From a virus (lineage: Duplodnaviria > Caudoviricetes): 53,516 bases of DNA. The notes under the pieces are model-generated. The model ran no database searches. It was not told where the DNA came from and was given only the letters and a program-made list of their open reading frames with translations. Shown here piece after piece: positions 8,781-17,214 of this stretch. The position numbers were made by a program, and so were the translations under genes. Within the stretch, counting starts at the first letter, position 1; each line of letters opens with the position of its first letter. Where the stretch lies: IMG/VR virus record IMGVR_UViG_3300037840_000123, positions 1-53,516 of that record. One strand, given 5' to 3'.

Positions 8781-9656
8781 TTTAGCTCGTTGGGCAGTTC
8801 TGAGATTGCACTTCATGGCTCGCGCTACCTCGGCGGGGGTAGCAAGCGGATGGTCGATCAAATACTCCGCAGCGCGTTCCTGGATGGTTGAGGCGTGGTA
8901 TTCGACCTTAGTGACCAGCTTCCCTTCGGTTTTTAGGACCAGATCGAAAGACGGAAGTTCGTTGCCCATCTTTGAATCGACCTGAACCGTGATGATCGTA
9001 CCGTGCTGGCTAATGGTTTTCTCAAAGTGCATCAGGGTAAGGAAGTTTGCGGCTTGGGTCACGGTGCCGGCAGCGCGCTTGTTTTCCATATTCCACGGAG
9101 AATGGGTAATTACCGTGATAGGCGCCCTTCTGGATACCCTGACAAAGACTGCGTTGACCGGCCCCATATCGGACTGCTCTTTCCAGTCCCGGCCACCTAG
9201 TAGCCCTTGGAGAGTCGAAAGTACCATCCAGTCCGGCTTTACCTGGTCGATCAGTGTCATCAACTTGGCTTCCGCGTCCGTCAGGTTAAACGGGCCTGTC
9301 GCAGCTAAAGTAAAGCTACACCCCTCTCTGAGCGGCGGCAGCCCCTTGGCGAGCTGCTGGACGCGGGATTCGACCAGTATTTGAGGGTCTTCAGTCTCGA
9401 CGTAGAGCACCCTTTTCACGTTTGGGCAGGCAAAGTGTCCCCAGACAGTATGAGTAGTCACCGATTCAAGGGCCGCATAAAGCCAGTTGAGGCTTTTACA
9501 GGCATGGGGAAGGCCACTGACCAGAGTGCCAGACTGCTCAAGCAGCAGTCCTTCAATGATCCATTTGGGCTGAATCAGAGGCTTATTTTTGATTTCGTCG
9601 AGGGTGGATAACAGCCAGTGGTCTGGTATCTTCGCGTCAAATGGCGAATTCGACAT
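8760..9656 (-). CDS. AAA_25/RepA-like (SF4) ATPase with C-terminal HTH; putative replication initiator
   Basis: PKWIIEGLL...TLVSGLPHACKS, VLYVETED, VITHS; C-terminal ATPAEVARAMKCNLRTAQRA; GAGGAG RBS. Confidence 0.75.
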   Translation of the reverse strand: MSNSPFDAKIPDHWLLSTLDEIKNKPLIQPKWIIEGLLLEQSGTLVSGLPHACKSLNWLYAALESVTTHTVWGHFACPNVKRVLYVETEDPQILVESRVQQLAKGLPPLREGCSFTLAATGPFNLTDAEAKLMTLIDQVKPDWMVLSTLQGLLGGRDWKEQSDMGPVNAVFVRVSRRAPITVITHSPWNMENKRAAGTVTQAANFLTLMHFEKTISQHGTIITVQVDSKMGNELPSFDLVLKTEGKLVTKVEYHASTIQERAAEYLIDHPLATPAEVARAMKCNLRTAQRAKKRDKVQ

Positions 9657-9855
9657 AAGTTCTGTGCTCTCCTCAAAAGAGCTGGCGGGGAAGTTTTGAG
9701 GCCTTCCCCGCCAAGGGAGGGCTGTGGGAGCAGCCATCACGGATTGACTCCCCCAGTATACCCATGCGGCAACCGTTCGCAAGCAGTTTTACGTTCAAGT
9801 TCGAGCGAAGCGAGAAGGGAACCAGGTTTATCCACGGATTTATTTCAGAAAAGAC

Positions 9856-9884
9856 TTGACAAGCTATTACTAAGCGCATATTGT
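9856..9884 (+). promoter_or_regulatory. sigma70-type promoter
   Basis: TTGACA-17 nt-TATTGT in the divergent intergenic region. Confidence 0.7.
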
Positions 9885-9891
9885 GGCTTTC

Positions 9892-10029
9892 GTGAAACCG
9901 AAACAGTGCAAGTTCAGCAAGTGTAGGAACTGGTTTATTCCAGAAAAAAGAACCCAGCGGTACTGCTCGGCCAATCATCGCAACCGGGCTGGGCAGGAGC
10001 GGCTGAGAAAGCGAGCGAGGGCAAAATGA
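9892..10029 (+). CDS. 45-aa CGNR-like zinc-finger protein (probably leaderless)
   Basis: MKPKQCKFSKCRNWF...QRYCSANHRNRAGQERLR; stop overlaps the next ATG; absent from the ORF track. Confidence 0.65.
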   Translation: MKPKQCKFSKCRNWFIPEKRTQRYCSANHRNRAGQERLRKRARAK

Positions 10030-10415
10030 GTCTCAACGTCAAGTTGCTGAGGAAGATCAAGAAGCACATTCTCAAAGAACCGCGCCGATTCTTTATGTAC
10101 GACGTGATTCAGACTGGGCAACCACGTAAGGAAACTTACACAGATGATAGAGGTAAACAGGTCAAATTTCCTTCGTGTGGTACTGCCGCCTGCATTGCGG
10201 GATGGGCCTGCGTGCTCAATCAAGCACCAGTGAGCATGCGGGAGGCTGAATACCTCCTTGGAATAAACGGCCAAGAGGGAACAAATCTTTTTCTGGTGGA
10301 TTTCTGGCCGCAGCCATTTCAGGATAAGTTCAACAATGCGAAAACCGGGATTGTGCGCGCCAAGATTGCCGCTGCCCGTATCGACCACTTCATCCAGACC
10401 AAGGGGGCCAAATGA
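10026..10415 (+). CDS. conserved phage hypothetical protein (CGTAACIAGWA motif)
   Basis: 129 aa; ATGA coupling. Confidence 0.75.
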   Translation: MSLNVKLLRKIKKHILKEPRRFFMYDVIQTGQPRKETYTDDRGKQVKFPSCGTAACIAGWACVLNQAPVSMREAEYLLGINGQEGTNLFLVDFWPQPFQDKFNNAKTGIVRAKIAAARIDHFIQTKGAK

Positions 10416-10684
10416 CTTCCTCTCAATTCCAGCAAATCTCGCTCGAACTCGATACCGGCCTCTCCAGGCTGCGCCATGAGATCGCCCAGCGGGGAGAGGA
10501 CAACTTTGACCCTTATCTGTTCGCTCAGGGACTGCTGCTGAAGCTGCGGGTGGCCTTCCATTTGATCGGGAAGCAACTGCTCGAACAACGGGAGACCGTT
10601 TCCGATCTTCAGTACCAGAATGAGCAGTGGATGGGTCAGATATGGCCAAAGGAGATGAATTGTGTCGAAACCGAAATTCTGTGA
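10412..10684 (+). CDS. hypothetical protein
   Basis: ATGA coupling. Confidence 0.6.
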   Translation: MTSSQFQQISLELDTGLSRLRHEIAQRGEDNFDPYLFAQGLLLKLRVAFHLIGKQLLEQRETVSDLQYQNEQWMGQIWPKEMNCVETEIL

Positions 10685-10889
10685 AGTCGTGATTCCACCA
10701 GCGGGAGCCAGCGTGTTTCCGTCGCACTCTCTTGCCGGATACAACGTGTGTTCGGACTACGAAGGCGATGCTGGTCGCCATCTCTTTTTTCGCAAGCCTG
10801 AGTCTGTCGCTGCTCCCAAAACGAGAAAGCCGCGAGCGAAGAAAGCTACTCCTTATAACCCAGTACATGGAGAGCCTGCTGGCTACTGA
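10662..10889 (+). CDS. hypothetical protein
   Basis: AAGGAG RBS; GTG start. Confidence 0.55.
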   Translation: MSKPKFCEVVIPPAGASVFPSHSLAGYNVCSDYEGDAGRHLFFRKPESVAAPKTRKPRAKKATPYNPVHGEPAGY

Positions 10890-10891
10890 AA

Positions 10892-11389
10892 ATGACCGTT
10901 TCCTTTACTATCCCCGGCACTCCCAAGGCCAAAGCCAGACATCGTACCGTCTGCTTATTGCGCTGCCCCGCCTGCCAGCGGCAGACGATGGGGTCGCACT
11001 GGGAGTGTCCGCATTGCGGCCACAAGGGGCTGACGTTCATAAAGAATGAAAACTACGCCGATACCGACCAGAAAAATTATGAGCGTTTCGGCGCGATGTG
11101 CGCCCAGCAGGGCATGATTGGCAGTGAAAAATTCGTCGGCCCCTCGCAGGTCACCTGCACGTTTCTGTTCGGTATTCCGAAAACTGGGGCCAACAGCAAG
11201 AAGCAAGAAGGCGACTGGCACACGCAGCGGCCCGATGTGGACAACTGCAAAAAAAGCGTGCTGGATTTTTGTAACGCGCTGGTTTGGGCGGATGACTGCA
11301 TTATTGCCCGGATTGTCGGAGAGAAGCGATGGACACTAGGAGTGCCACAGACTTTGGTGACAGTGCAGTCCTTGGAGAGTCTCGCATGA
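10892..11389 (+). CDS. rusA: RusA-family Holliday junction resolvase with zinc-ribbon insertion
   Basis: FTIPGTPKAKARHR; RPDVDNCKKSVLD; VWADDCII. Confidence 0.85.
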   Translation: MTVSFTIPGTPKAKARHRTVCLLRCPACQRQTMGSHWECPHCGHKGLTFIKNENYADTDQKNYERFGAMCAQQGMIGSEKFVGPSQVTCTFLFGIPKTGANSKKQEGDWHTQRPDVDNCKKSVLDFCNALVWADDCIIARIVGEKRWTLGVPQTLVTVQSLESLA

Positions 11390-11598
11390 AAGTAAAAGTT
11401 TGCCGTCATTGCCGAGAGCCAATCGGAAGGAAAAGTAACTACCATGTCTGGTATCACCACTTGGATGACGGCCCCGACGCTTACCTTCAATGCAAGTGCC
11501 AGTGCGATGAGTGTTCGTTAATTCCGGCGGTGGAACCGCCCGGAGGATGGCAAGGAGCGGCTGATCCCTGCTGCGATGGAGAGGTAGCCGAGCCGTGA
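11386..11598 (+). CDS. Cys-rich hypothetical protein
   Basis: ATGA coupling; CRHC, CKCQCDEC. Confidence 0.55.
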   Translation: MKVKVCRHCREPIGRKSNYHVWYHHLDDGPDAYLQCKCQCDECSLIPAVEPPGGWQGAADPCCDGEVAEP

Positions 11599-11683
11599 AA
11601 ATCCTCAAAGAGATCGCCATCATCGGGATACTGGCAGTGGTTGGGACGGCGCTGGTGCTGATGATTTTGAATGTACTGGTGAA

Positions 11684-12547
11684 ATGATGATCTATCTCGA
11701 CGCCACAGCCCTGAAAGCCTGGAGTGACTGCCGGGAGTTTTACCGGAACCGGGAGATCCTGAACCGCGTCTCGGCGGTTCCCAACATACATTACGAATTT
11801 GGTAAATATGTCCATGCTGCGGTCGAAGAATTCTGGAAGGGTGAACCATTCGAGAAAGCGTTGGCAGTCGCCTCCGAGATGTCGCTCTTGTATCCAGTAA
11901 AATCTCTCAGCCCTACAGAGATGCAAACGTGGCAGCGATTGATTGAGGGACTGCCAGACGTTCTGGCAGCATACTTTGATGCTGTCGAGTATTCGCCGAC
12001 GCAGTTGATCTGGTGCGAGCAAGAGTGGTCTCTACCCTACAACAGCGACGTGACACTCTGTGGACGACTGGATAGGCTGATGGTCGGTCCCCGGCTTGTG
12101 GATGTCAAAACAGCCAGCGAGATAAACCGTGGCAGCACTCCTTGGAAGCAGGCGTACCGAGAGGAGAAGCTACTTGACCTTCAATTTCAGTTGTACGACT
12201 ACTGGCTATCGAAGTCTGGAACGCCGCCGATTGAATGCTACCTCGAAGTCATCCTGAAACCGTACAAATCAAAAGCTGCGAGATATGAACGGATTGATCT
12301 GCCGGAAGTCATCACACCTTCTTACCGAAAGCGGTTCGAGCAGCAGTTGGCGTGGAAAATTTCAGAGATCACGCACTACATCAAGAACTACTCCGATCAG
12401 CGACCGTGGCCGATGGCCGGAGGCTTGGCCTGCACTACTAAATACGGAGAGTGTAGCTACGCTCCAATTTGTCGCTGGGGAGAAATTCCGAAGACACTGG
12501 TTAATTTCAAGCCCAGAGAAGAACACCTTTCAATACGCCGTACTTGA
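11684..12547 (+). CDS. PD-(D/E)XK exonuclease (Cas4/RecB-like)
   Basis: N-terminal Cys; FGKYVH; GRLDRL; VDVKT; QFQLY; three C-terminal Cys. Confidence 0.85.
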   Translation: MMIYLDATALKAWSDCREFYRNREILNRVSAVPNIHYEFGKYVHAAVEEFWKGEPFEKALAVASEMSLLYPVKSLSPTEMQTWQRLIEGLPDVLAAYFDAVEYSPTQLIWCEQEWSLPYNSDVTLCGRLDRLMVGPRLVDVKTASEINRGSTPWKQAYREEKLLDLQFQLYDYWLSKSGTPPIECYLEVILKPYKSKAARYERIDLPEVITPSYRKRFEQQLAWKISEITHYIKNYSDQRPWPMAGGLACTTKYGECSYAPICRWGEIPKTLVNFKPREEHLSIRRT

Positions 12548-12567
12548 CTTGATAAGGATAAAGGTTA

Positions 12568-12723
12568 ATGTCCGATCTGAAGACAGTTCAGTTTTTATCC
12601 TCAGTCGAAAATATTGCTATAGCTGCGATGGCAGTAGTAACTATGTCGGCAGTTGTGGCCCGGTTTTCGATCTTCTGTTGGCAGTGGGTCACTAGAAGTT
12701 TAAAGAGGGAGGGGGTGAAGTAG
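12568..12723 (+). CDS. 51-aa membrane peptide
   Basis: MSDLKTVQFLSSVENIAIAAMAVVTMSAVVARFSIFCWQW...; AAGG upstream. Confidence 0.45.
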   Translation: MSDLKTVQFLSSVENIAIAAMAVVTMSAVVARFSIFCWQWVTRSLKREGVK

Positions 12724-12791
12724 CGGGAGCTTCCCTGCGGGAAAGAGCCACAGTGCGGCTGGTGCTGTGCCCAAAGGTTCTCCCGCTACTT
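12718..12791 (+). ncRNA. Candidate multibranch structured RNA
   Basis: Perfect 12-bp closing stem AAGTAGCGGGAG/CTCCCGCTACTT enclosing hairpins TTCCC/GGGAA and CACAGTGC/GTGCTGTG (G-U pairs favour the + strand). Confidence 0.5.
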
Positions 12792-12825
12792 GATTCCCTT
12801 ACCCTAAATAAAGTGAGATGAAAAT

Positions 12826-13620
12826 ATGAACGAAGGAACCGTGGTTACTGCCAGCGATAAGGCCGCCCTCGCCAAGGAGGACATCAAGGAAAAGATACTC
12901 CGCCAGAAACGTGAGCAGGAACAGTCTGAAATTGACCAGCTCTGTTTGGGGGATTCCCTTGAATGGACCCGCCTCACTCCACAGGCGCAGATCCTCTACA
13001 TCCGCAGTAAGCGGTATTATGTTTCCGACAAGGATGGAAGCGCCTACATTTCCATGAAAGCAGTGGATGCGATGGGCATGGTCGGTTACGCGATGGAGAA
13101 GAAACTCTCCGTTCTGGGGAACGATATTTACCCACTGTTCAAGCGGATCGACGGCGAGTGGCGAGTCACCAATTTCGGGGTATCCTCGGAAGCAAGGGCG
13201 CGGGTGGCTAAAAATGAAGGAGTAAGTTTCGGCCCTCCGCATTACAAAGATGTCACCCGTCCTTGGCCAAGGAATTCCTTTAACTCCAAGCCTTTCTGGA
13301 CAGAGGAAGATATCGGCATCGAATGCACCATTAACATGTACGTGGGCGCCGTCTCGGAGCCGTGTGTGTTTACGGCGTGGCTCTCGGAATGGTATATGGG
13401 CAAGCCGGAGGACAAGGGACGCCGTAGCTTCTGGGACAAGAACCCTAGCTGGATGCTGATGGTAAGGGCCAAGGATAAAGCCATCACACTTGGCTCCGGT
13501 GTTGGACAAAGCGATCCCCAGCAGGATGATGTACCTGAAATACAGGTGGTTCCGCCAAGGCCGCAAGTGGTCTCGACCGAATTTAAGGAAGTACCGATCA
13601 AAACTCAAAAGGAGAATTAA
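12826..13620 (+). CDS. Bet/RecT-like single-strand annealing protein
   Basis: EWY...SFWDKNPSWMLMVRAKDKAI resembles the annealase W..P..ML...A motif; next to the exonuclease. Confidence 0.65.
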   Translation: MNEGTVVTASDKAALAKEDIKEKILRQKREQEQSEIDQLCLGDSLEWTRLTPQAQILYIRSKRYYVSDKDGSAYISMKAVDAMGMVGYAMEKKLSVLGNDIYPLFKRIDGEWRVTNFGVSSEARARVAKNEGVSFGPPHYKDVTRPWPRNSFNSKPFWTEEDIGIECTINMYVGAVSEPCVFTAWLSEWYMGKPEDKGRRSFWDKNPSWMLMVRAKDKAITLGSGVGQSDPQQDDVPEIQVVPPRPQVVSTEFKEVPIKTQKEN

Positions 13621-14256
13621 ATGACTGAATACAAGCGCATTCCCGCAGGAAAGTACGGCACCAGTAAAGCCCCTGGTCTGGAGATCATCCAATATCAGGG
13701 AGCGAAACTGCAAGACGACGGTTCCACCCGTCACGGCTTGCTGGTAAAGGCGATCTCCATTTCCAAGGAGCAAGCGGAAGCAGCGGTGAAGGCGTCAGCC
13801 AACGGCTCCAATCTATCGGATGCGGTAAAAGCTTACATGCTGGAGCCGGAAGTGCCGGATGGAACCCAATTCCTGAATGTAACCTTCCGTCCGGAATGGC
13901 TGACGGCGGAAGCGGTCGCCTTGGCCTTCAACAAGGAAACCTGGGTGGAGTTTGGAGCCAAGCCGAACCTGGATGCGACTTCCAATCTGAAGGCATCCAT
14001 CACCGAGTTGGCAGCCACTTTCCTGTCATCCGAGCAGATCCAGCAGGAACAACCGCTGATTGACGCATACGACAAGATTGTGACCCAGATCCGCATCAAT
14101 CTATCGACGCTGCTTCATCTGGAACGAGCCGCCGGCATGCCGTTCACCTTTGACCCGGATTTCGAGAAGTTCAAGGGAACCAAGTTCTCCGGCAGAGTGA
14201 CCGAAAAACCGGGAACAGGTGGCCGGGGGCCGATGTTCAATGTCTATGTGGACTAA
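13621..14256 (+). CDS. hypothetical protein (recombination module, possibly ssDNA-binding)
   Basis: AAGGAG RBS; directly follows the annealase. Confidence 0.7.
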   Translation: MTEYKRIPAGKYGTSKAPGLEIIQYQGAKLQDDGSTRHGLLVKAISISKEQAEAAVKASANGSNLSDAVKAYMLEPEVPDGTQFLNVTFRPEWLTAEAVALAFNKETWVEFGAKPNLDATSNLKASITELAATFLSSEQIQQEQPLIDAYDKIVTQIRINLSTLLHLERAAGMPFTFDPDFEKFKGTKFSGRVTEKPGTGGRGPMFNVYVD

Positions 14257-14694
14257 ATGATTCCCGCCGAGCACAAACTCGGATTGGAACCATTGTGGTT
14301 CACTGGGAAAGAGTGGGCTGATGGAACAGCCCACCACTTCCTCCGGCAGCAGTTTGAATTGCGGGTTCGCCAGCAAAGGATGCGATCACAATCAAAATCC
14401 GGGCCATCGGTTGACACCTCCGATCCGGTGTCCGACTGCGATCAACAAGCCCGTCCTGTCGCTTCGCTCCACACCACGGGCAAGTATAGCAGGACAACCC
14501 GCACTGGAAACGCTTACTACGACGCGCATTATGTCGGTTTCTATGACCATTTGCCGAGACGGCATCAAGTCGGACTAAAAGCGTGTGCACGGCTAATCCA
14601 ACGGGCCGAACCGTTGGTGGGGGTTTGGGAAGGGGGCGAAGCCCCTTTCCCTCTATACGGGAGAATGAAATGCTTACTTGTGAGCGGGTGGTAG
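14257..14694 (+). CDS. hypothetical protein
   Basis: Abuts the previous stop. Confidence 0.55.
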   Translation: MIPAEHKLGLEPLWFTGKEWADGTAHHFLRQQFELRVRQQRMRSQSKSGPSVDTSDPVSDCDQQARPVASLHTTGKYSRTTRTGNAYYDAHYVGFYDHLPRRHQVGLKACARLIQRAEPLVGVWEGGEAPFPLYGRMKCLLVSGW

Positions 14695-14960
14695 TCAGAA
14701 ATAAAGGCAACTATGACATTTACGGAAAGCTGATCAAGTGGCATGAGAAGTGTGGACTTCGGGCCGAGGAGCATGAACTGACTGGTCAACTGGCGATAGT
14801 GAAGGCAGTTCTCTGTGGCAGGCATTATCTGGAAGCCCTAGAAGAGATCAGGAAGCAATCTCTGGGGATCGGTAAGCCCAACTATCATACCAAGGCCAAG
14901 GAACAGATGGACTTCAGTGATATTGGTCGCTCAGATGCGAGCGAAGCGAGCAGGCAATGA
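14670..14960 (+). CDS. hypothetical protein
   Basis: GGAG RBS before ATG. Confidence 0.55.
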   Translation: MLTCERVVVRNKGNYDIYGKLIKWHEKCGLRAEEHELTGQLAIVKAVLCGRHYLEALEEIRKQSLGIGKPNYHTKAKEQMDFSDIGRSDASEASRQ

Positions 14961-15182
14961 GTGGCCCGTCCCCGCCACCTCCAGTGCAAGCGTGGGCACG
15001 AAGACTGGGAGCCGTATACCCGGAAGACTCCCCAGGGGAAGCTGTCCACGACCCGAAGGTGTAAGCTGTGTCATCGGCTGAGTGGCAGCAGAAGCTGGGA
15101 AAAGAAGAAGGCGCTAAGGTTAATCCGATTCATGGAGGCATTTCATGGAAATATTCCGGTGGCTGAGCCGTGGATGTGGTGA
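14961..15182 (+). CDS. small zinc-binding protein
   Basis: CKRGH...RRCKLC, a motif often appended to phage HNH proteins. Confidence 0.6.
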   Translation: MARPRHLQCKRGHEDWEPYTRKTPQGKLSTTRRCKLCHRLSGSRSWEKKKALRLIRFMEAFHGNIPVAEPWMW

Positions 15183-15201
15183 GCCGGGAACGAATGCCCG
15201 G

Positions 15202-15462
15202 ATGCGACGGCTGCTGGGTGCCAGACCAAAAGCGTCCCGCTATGTTCATGCCCAGCCCAAAGATGTCACCGGCATCGAAAGGGTGGCTCTCGAATATGCA
15301 GCGGAAGCGGCTATAGACGGATTGCTAGAGATACCCATCTGTGATCTTCCAGCGGCGTATCTCATGGGAGAAGTCAAGCTGTCAACTGACGATTTATACG
15401 TTCCCGGTTCCCGGTTGCCACGGCATATTGGGAGGTGGGTGGCGGAAGAGGAAAGAGGATGA
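15202..15462 (+). CDS. hypothetical protein
   Basis: Fills the operon; start uncertain. Confidence 0.45.
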   Translation: MRRLLGARPKASRYVHAQPKDVTGIERVALEYAAEAAIDGLLEIPICDLPAAYLMGEVKLSTDDLYVPGSRLPRHIGRWVAEEERG

Positions 15463-15560
15463 CCTGCCATAACATCCTTCTTGGCGACGGCAATTCCTGG
15501 CAGTGTTTGGATGTGAGCAATTCCGCTCACTGCCACATCTCGCTCCGCTCGCCGGAGATT

Positions 15561-16061
15561 ATGATTGCATTTCTCGTCATTATCGTCCTACTATTGATTG
15601 GAGCAATTCTCTTGGACCGACACTTTCACAAAGAAGAAATCGGGCTGCTGCGGGACATCGACCGCACCGAACGGAAGATTCTTGAACAGCTTGAACCGAG
15701 ACTGAGCTTCATCAAAATCAAATTTCAAAGGGGTAAGATTATGGCAGAAGGACCGGTAACACTTTCAGTTGGGCAGAAGACAACCGCATCCATCGACGGG
15801 TTTGACCAGAACGGGGCACCCTATTTGGGTGTCATTCCACCCGTTACGTTCTCCATCGACAACTCAGCAATCGCCTCATCGACACCGAACAGCGACGGCG
15901 TGACGGACGTGGTGGCTGGGATATCGGCTGGCGTGGCTAATCTGACGGCTACACTGACCAACGCCGCTGGCACCAAACTGACCGATACCGAGACGGTGAC
16001 CGTTACCGCCGTGGTTCCGGTGCTCAGCTCCATAAAGGTGTCGTTCTCCGCGCCCGCGTAA
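15561..16061 (+). CDS. Membrane-anchored Ig-like (Big_2-like) protein
   Basis: N-terminal TM IAFLVIIVLLLIGAILL; VTLSVGQK...FSIDNSAIAS...VAGISAGVANLTAT...TVTV. Confidence 0.7.
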   Translation: MIAFLVIIVLLLIGAILLDRHFHKEEIGLLRDIDRTERKILEQLEPRLSFIKIKFQRGKIMAEGPVTLSVGQKTTASIDGFDQNGAPYLGVIPPVTFSIDNSAIASSTPNSDGVTDVVAGISAGVANLTATLTNAAGTKLTDTETVTVTAVVPVLSSIKVSFSAPA

Positions 16062-16068
16062 CTCAGGA

Positions 16069-16097
16069 TGGGGCTGCCGCAAGGTGGCCCTTTTTTA
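16069..16097 (+). terminator. Rho-independent terminator
   Basis: GGGCTGCC-GCAA-GGTGGCCC followed by TTTTTT. Confidence 0.8.
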
Positions 16098-16102
16098 AAT
16101 AT

Positions 16103-16178
16103 GCCGCTGTAGCTCACAGTGAGCACCGGACTTTTAGCCCGGAGGACGTTGCGAGTAACGACGCAGCCTGCGGCTCCA
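16103..16178 (+). tRNA. Non-canonical tRNA-Lys(TTT)-like element
   Basis: GCCGCTG/CTGCGGC acceptor (1 mismatch) + T + CCA; D arm GCTC/GAGC; anticodon arm CCGGA-CTTTTAG-CCCGG; T arm GTTGC/GCAGC with a 10-nt loop lacking TTC. Confidence 0.6.
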
Positions 16179-16191
16179 AAATTGGAGGCTT

Positions 16192-16620
16192 ATGAAACGA
16201 CTCGCATTGCTGTCCATCTTTCTCGCGCTGCCACTGCTGACCGGATGCGCCAAGCAGGCCGCGACCGCTCCCGTCCCCGGCTGCAACAACTCAACCGACT
16301 GCACCGCTGCACGGGCCATTGGCGACGCACAGGCGGCCATCCATTCCATCAAGACCTGGGAAGTATGCTCAGATTCCGCTTTCCCGGCCACAGTGACCTT
16401 CGATGGCCAGACAGCGTCTTGCACGGCTACCGCTGGCCCATTCCCGAAGGCATTCCGTAAGCCACTGTTCGACGCGGAAAACGCTTACAACATCGCGCAG
16501 GCGGCTGGCCTTGCCTACCACTCAGGAGTGACGACCAATCCGGCTGCGTTGTCTGCGGCTGTATCGCAGATGACAGCAGCTATTACTGCGCTGCTGAATC
16601 AGACCGGGAGCGTTAAATAG
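16192..16620 (+). CDS. lipoprotein
   Basis: MKRLALLSIFLALPLLTGC lipobox; GGAGG RBS. Confidence 0.8.
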   Translation: MKRLALLSIFLALPLLTGCAKQAATAPVPGCNNSTDCTAARAIGDAQAAIHSIKTWEVCSDSAFPATVTFDGQTASCTATAGPFPKAFRKPLFDAENAYNIAQAAGLAYHSGVTTNPAALSAAVSQMTAAITALLNQTGSVK

Positions 16621-16621
16621 C

Positions 16622-16882
16622 GTGGAATCGCAGGCACAAAACGCACCACAGTTAACTGAATACCAGATTCACATGCTGTTGCTTGAGGCCAGCACTAAAT
16701 GCACGCTTACGCCGGAACCGCACGAGTTTCACGATTCACATGCTGGATATGATGGCTTGGGTTATGACAGAAGGCCACGTATTTACCGAACTCTTTGTCC
16801 GCGCGTGGCCGATGAAATGTTTCGGCTTGGAGTAGACGTGGTGAAACGATATCCCTACCTGCACCCGAAAGGAAATCTATGA
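16622..16882 (+). CDS. hypothetical protein
   Basis: GTG start; coupled to the next gene. Confidence 0.5.
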   Translation: MESQAQNAPQLTEYQIHMLLLEASTKCTLTPEPHEFHDSHAGYDGLGYDRRPRIYRTLCPRVADEMFRLGVDVVKRYPYLHPKGNL

Positions 16883-17214
16883 GCTTGGCATTGCTCCTGC
16901 TAAATCTGCTCCCCGGCGTTATTGGCCAGTTCCCCGGCATCTCAACCACCATCAAGAGCATCATTGGCGACATCACAGCCTCGCTGGGCGCCATCTTCGC
17001 GTCAGGCGTGGTCTCGCAGCCTTCGGTGAACACGGCTCTGGCGGCGTGGGCTGGCGTCTTAGCGGCCCTGAAGGCGCAAGCCAACCTGCCAGCAGCTACC
17101 TTGGCAGCGATCTCTCAGCTTGAGATCGCGGTGCAGGCAGCCTTGTTGCAGGATGAGGTACTGGCGAAGTCAGTCAATTGGGGTGCCATCAACCCGATCG
17201 CGCCCGTGGCTTAA
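16879..17214 (+). CDS. hydrophobic amphipathic protein (possible lysis accessory)
   Basis: AAGGA RBS; Ala/Leu-rich; converges on the endolysin. Confidence 0.65.
   Translation: MSLALLLLNLLPGVIGQFPGISTTIKSIIGDITASLGAIFASGVVSQPSVNTALAAWAGVLAALKAQANLPAATLAAISQLEIAVQAALLQDEVLAKSVNWGAINPIAPVA

Noticed and set aside
11684-12547. Cas4 as part of a CRISPR system
   Set aside because: Its context is RusA and the annealase, so it is better explained as a phage recombination exonuclease
12799-13773. Long antisense ORFs (also 9975-10868 minus, 40362-41477 plus, 28775-29497 plus)
   Set aside because: Shadow frames of well-supported genes in GC-rich DNA, with no RBS or motifs
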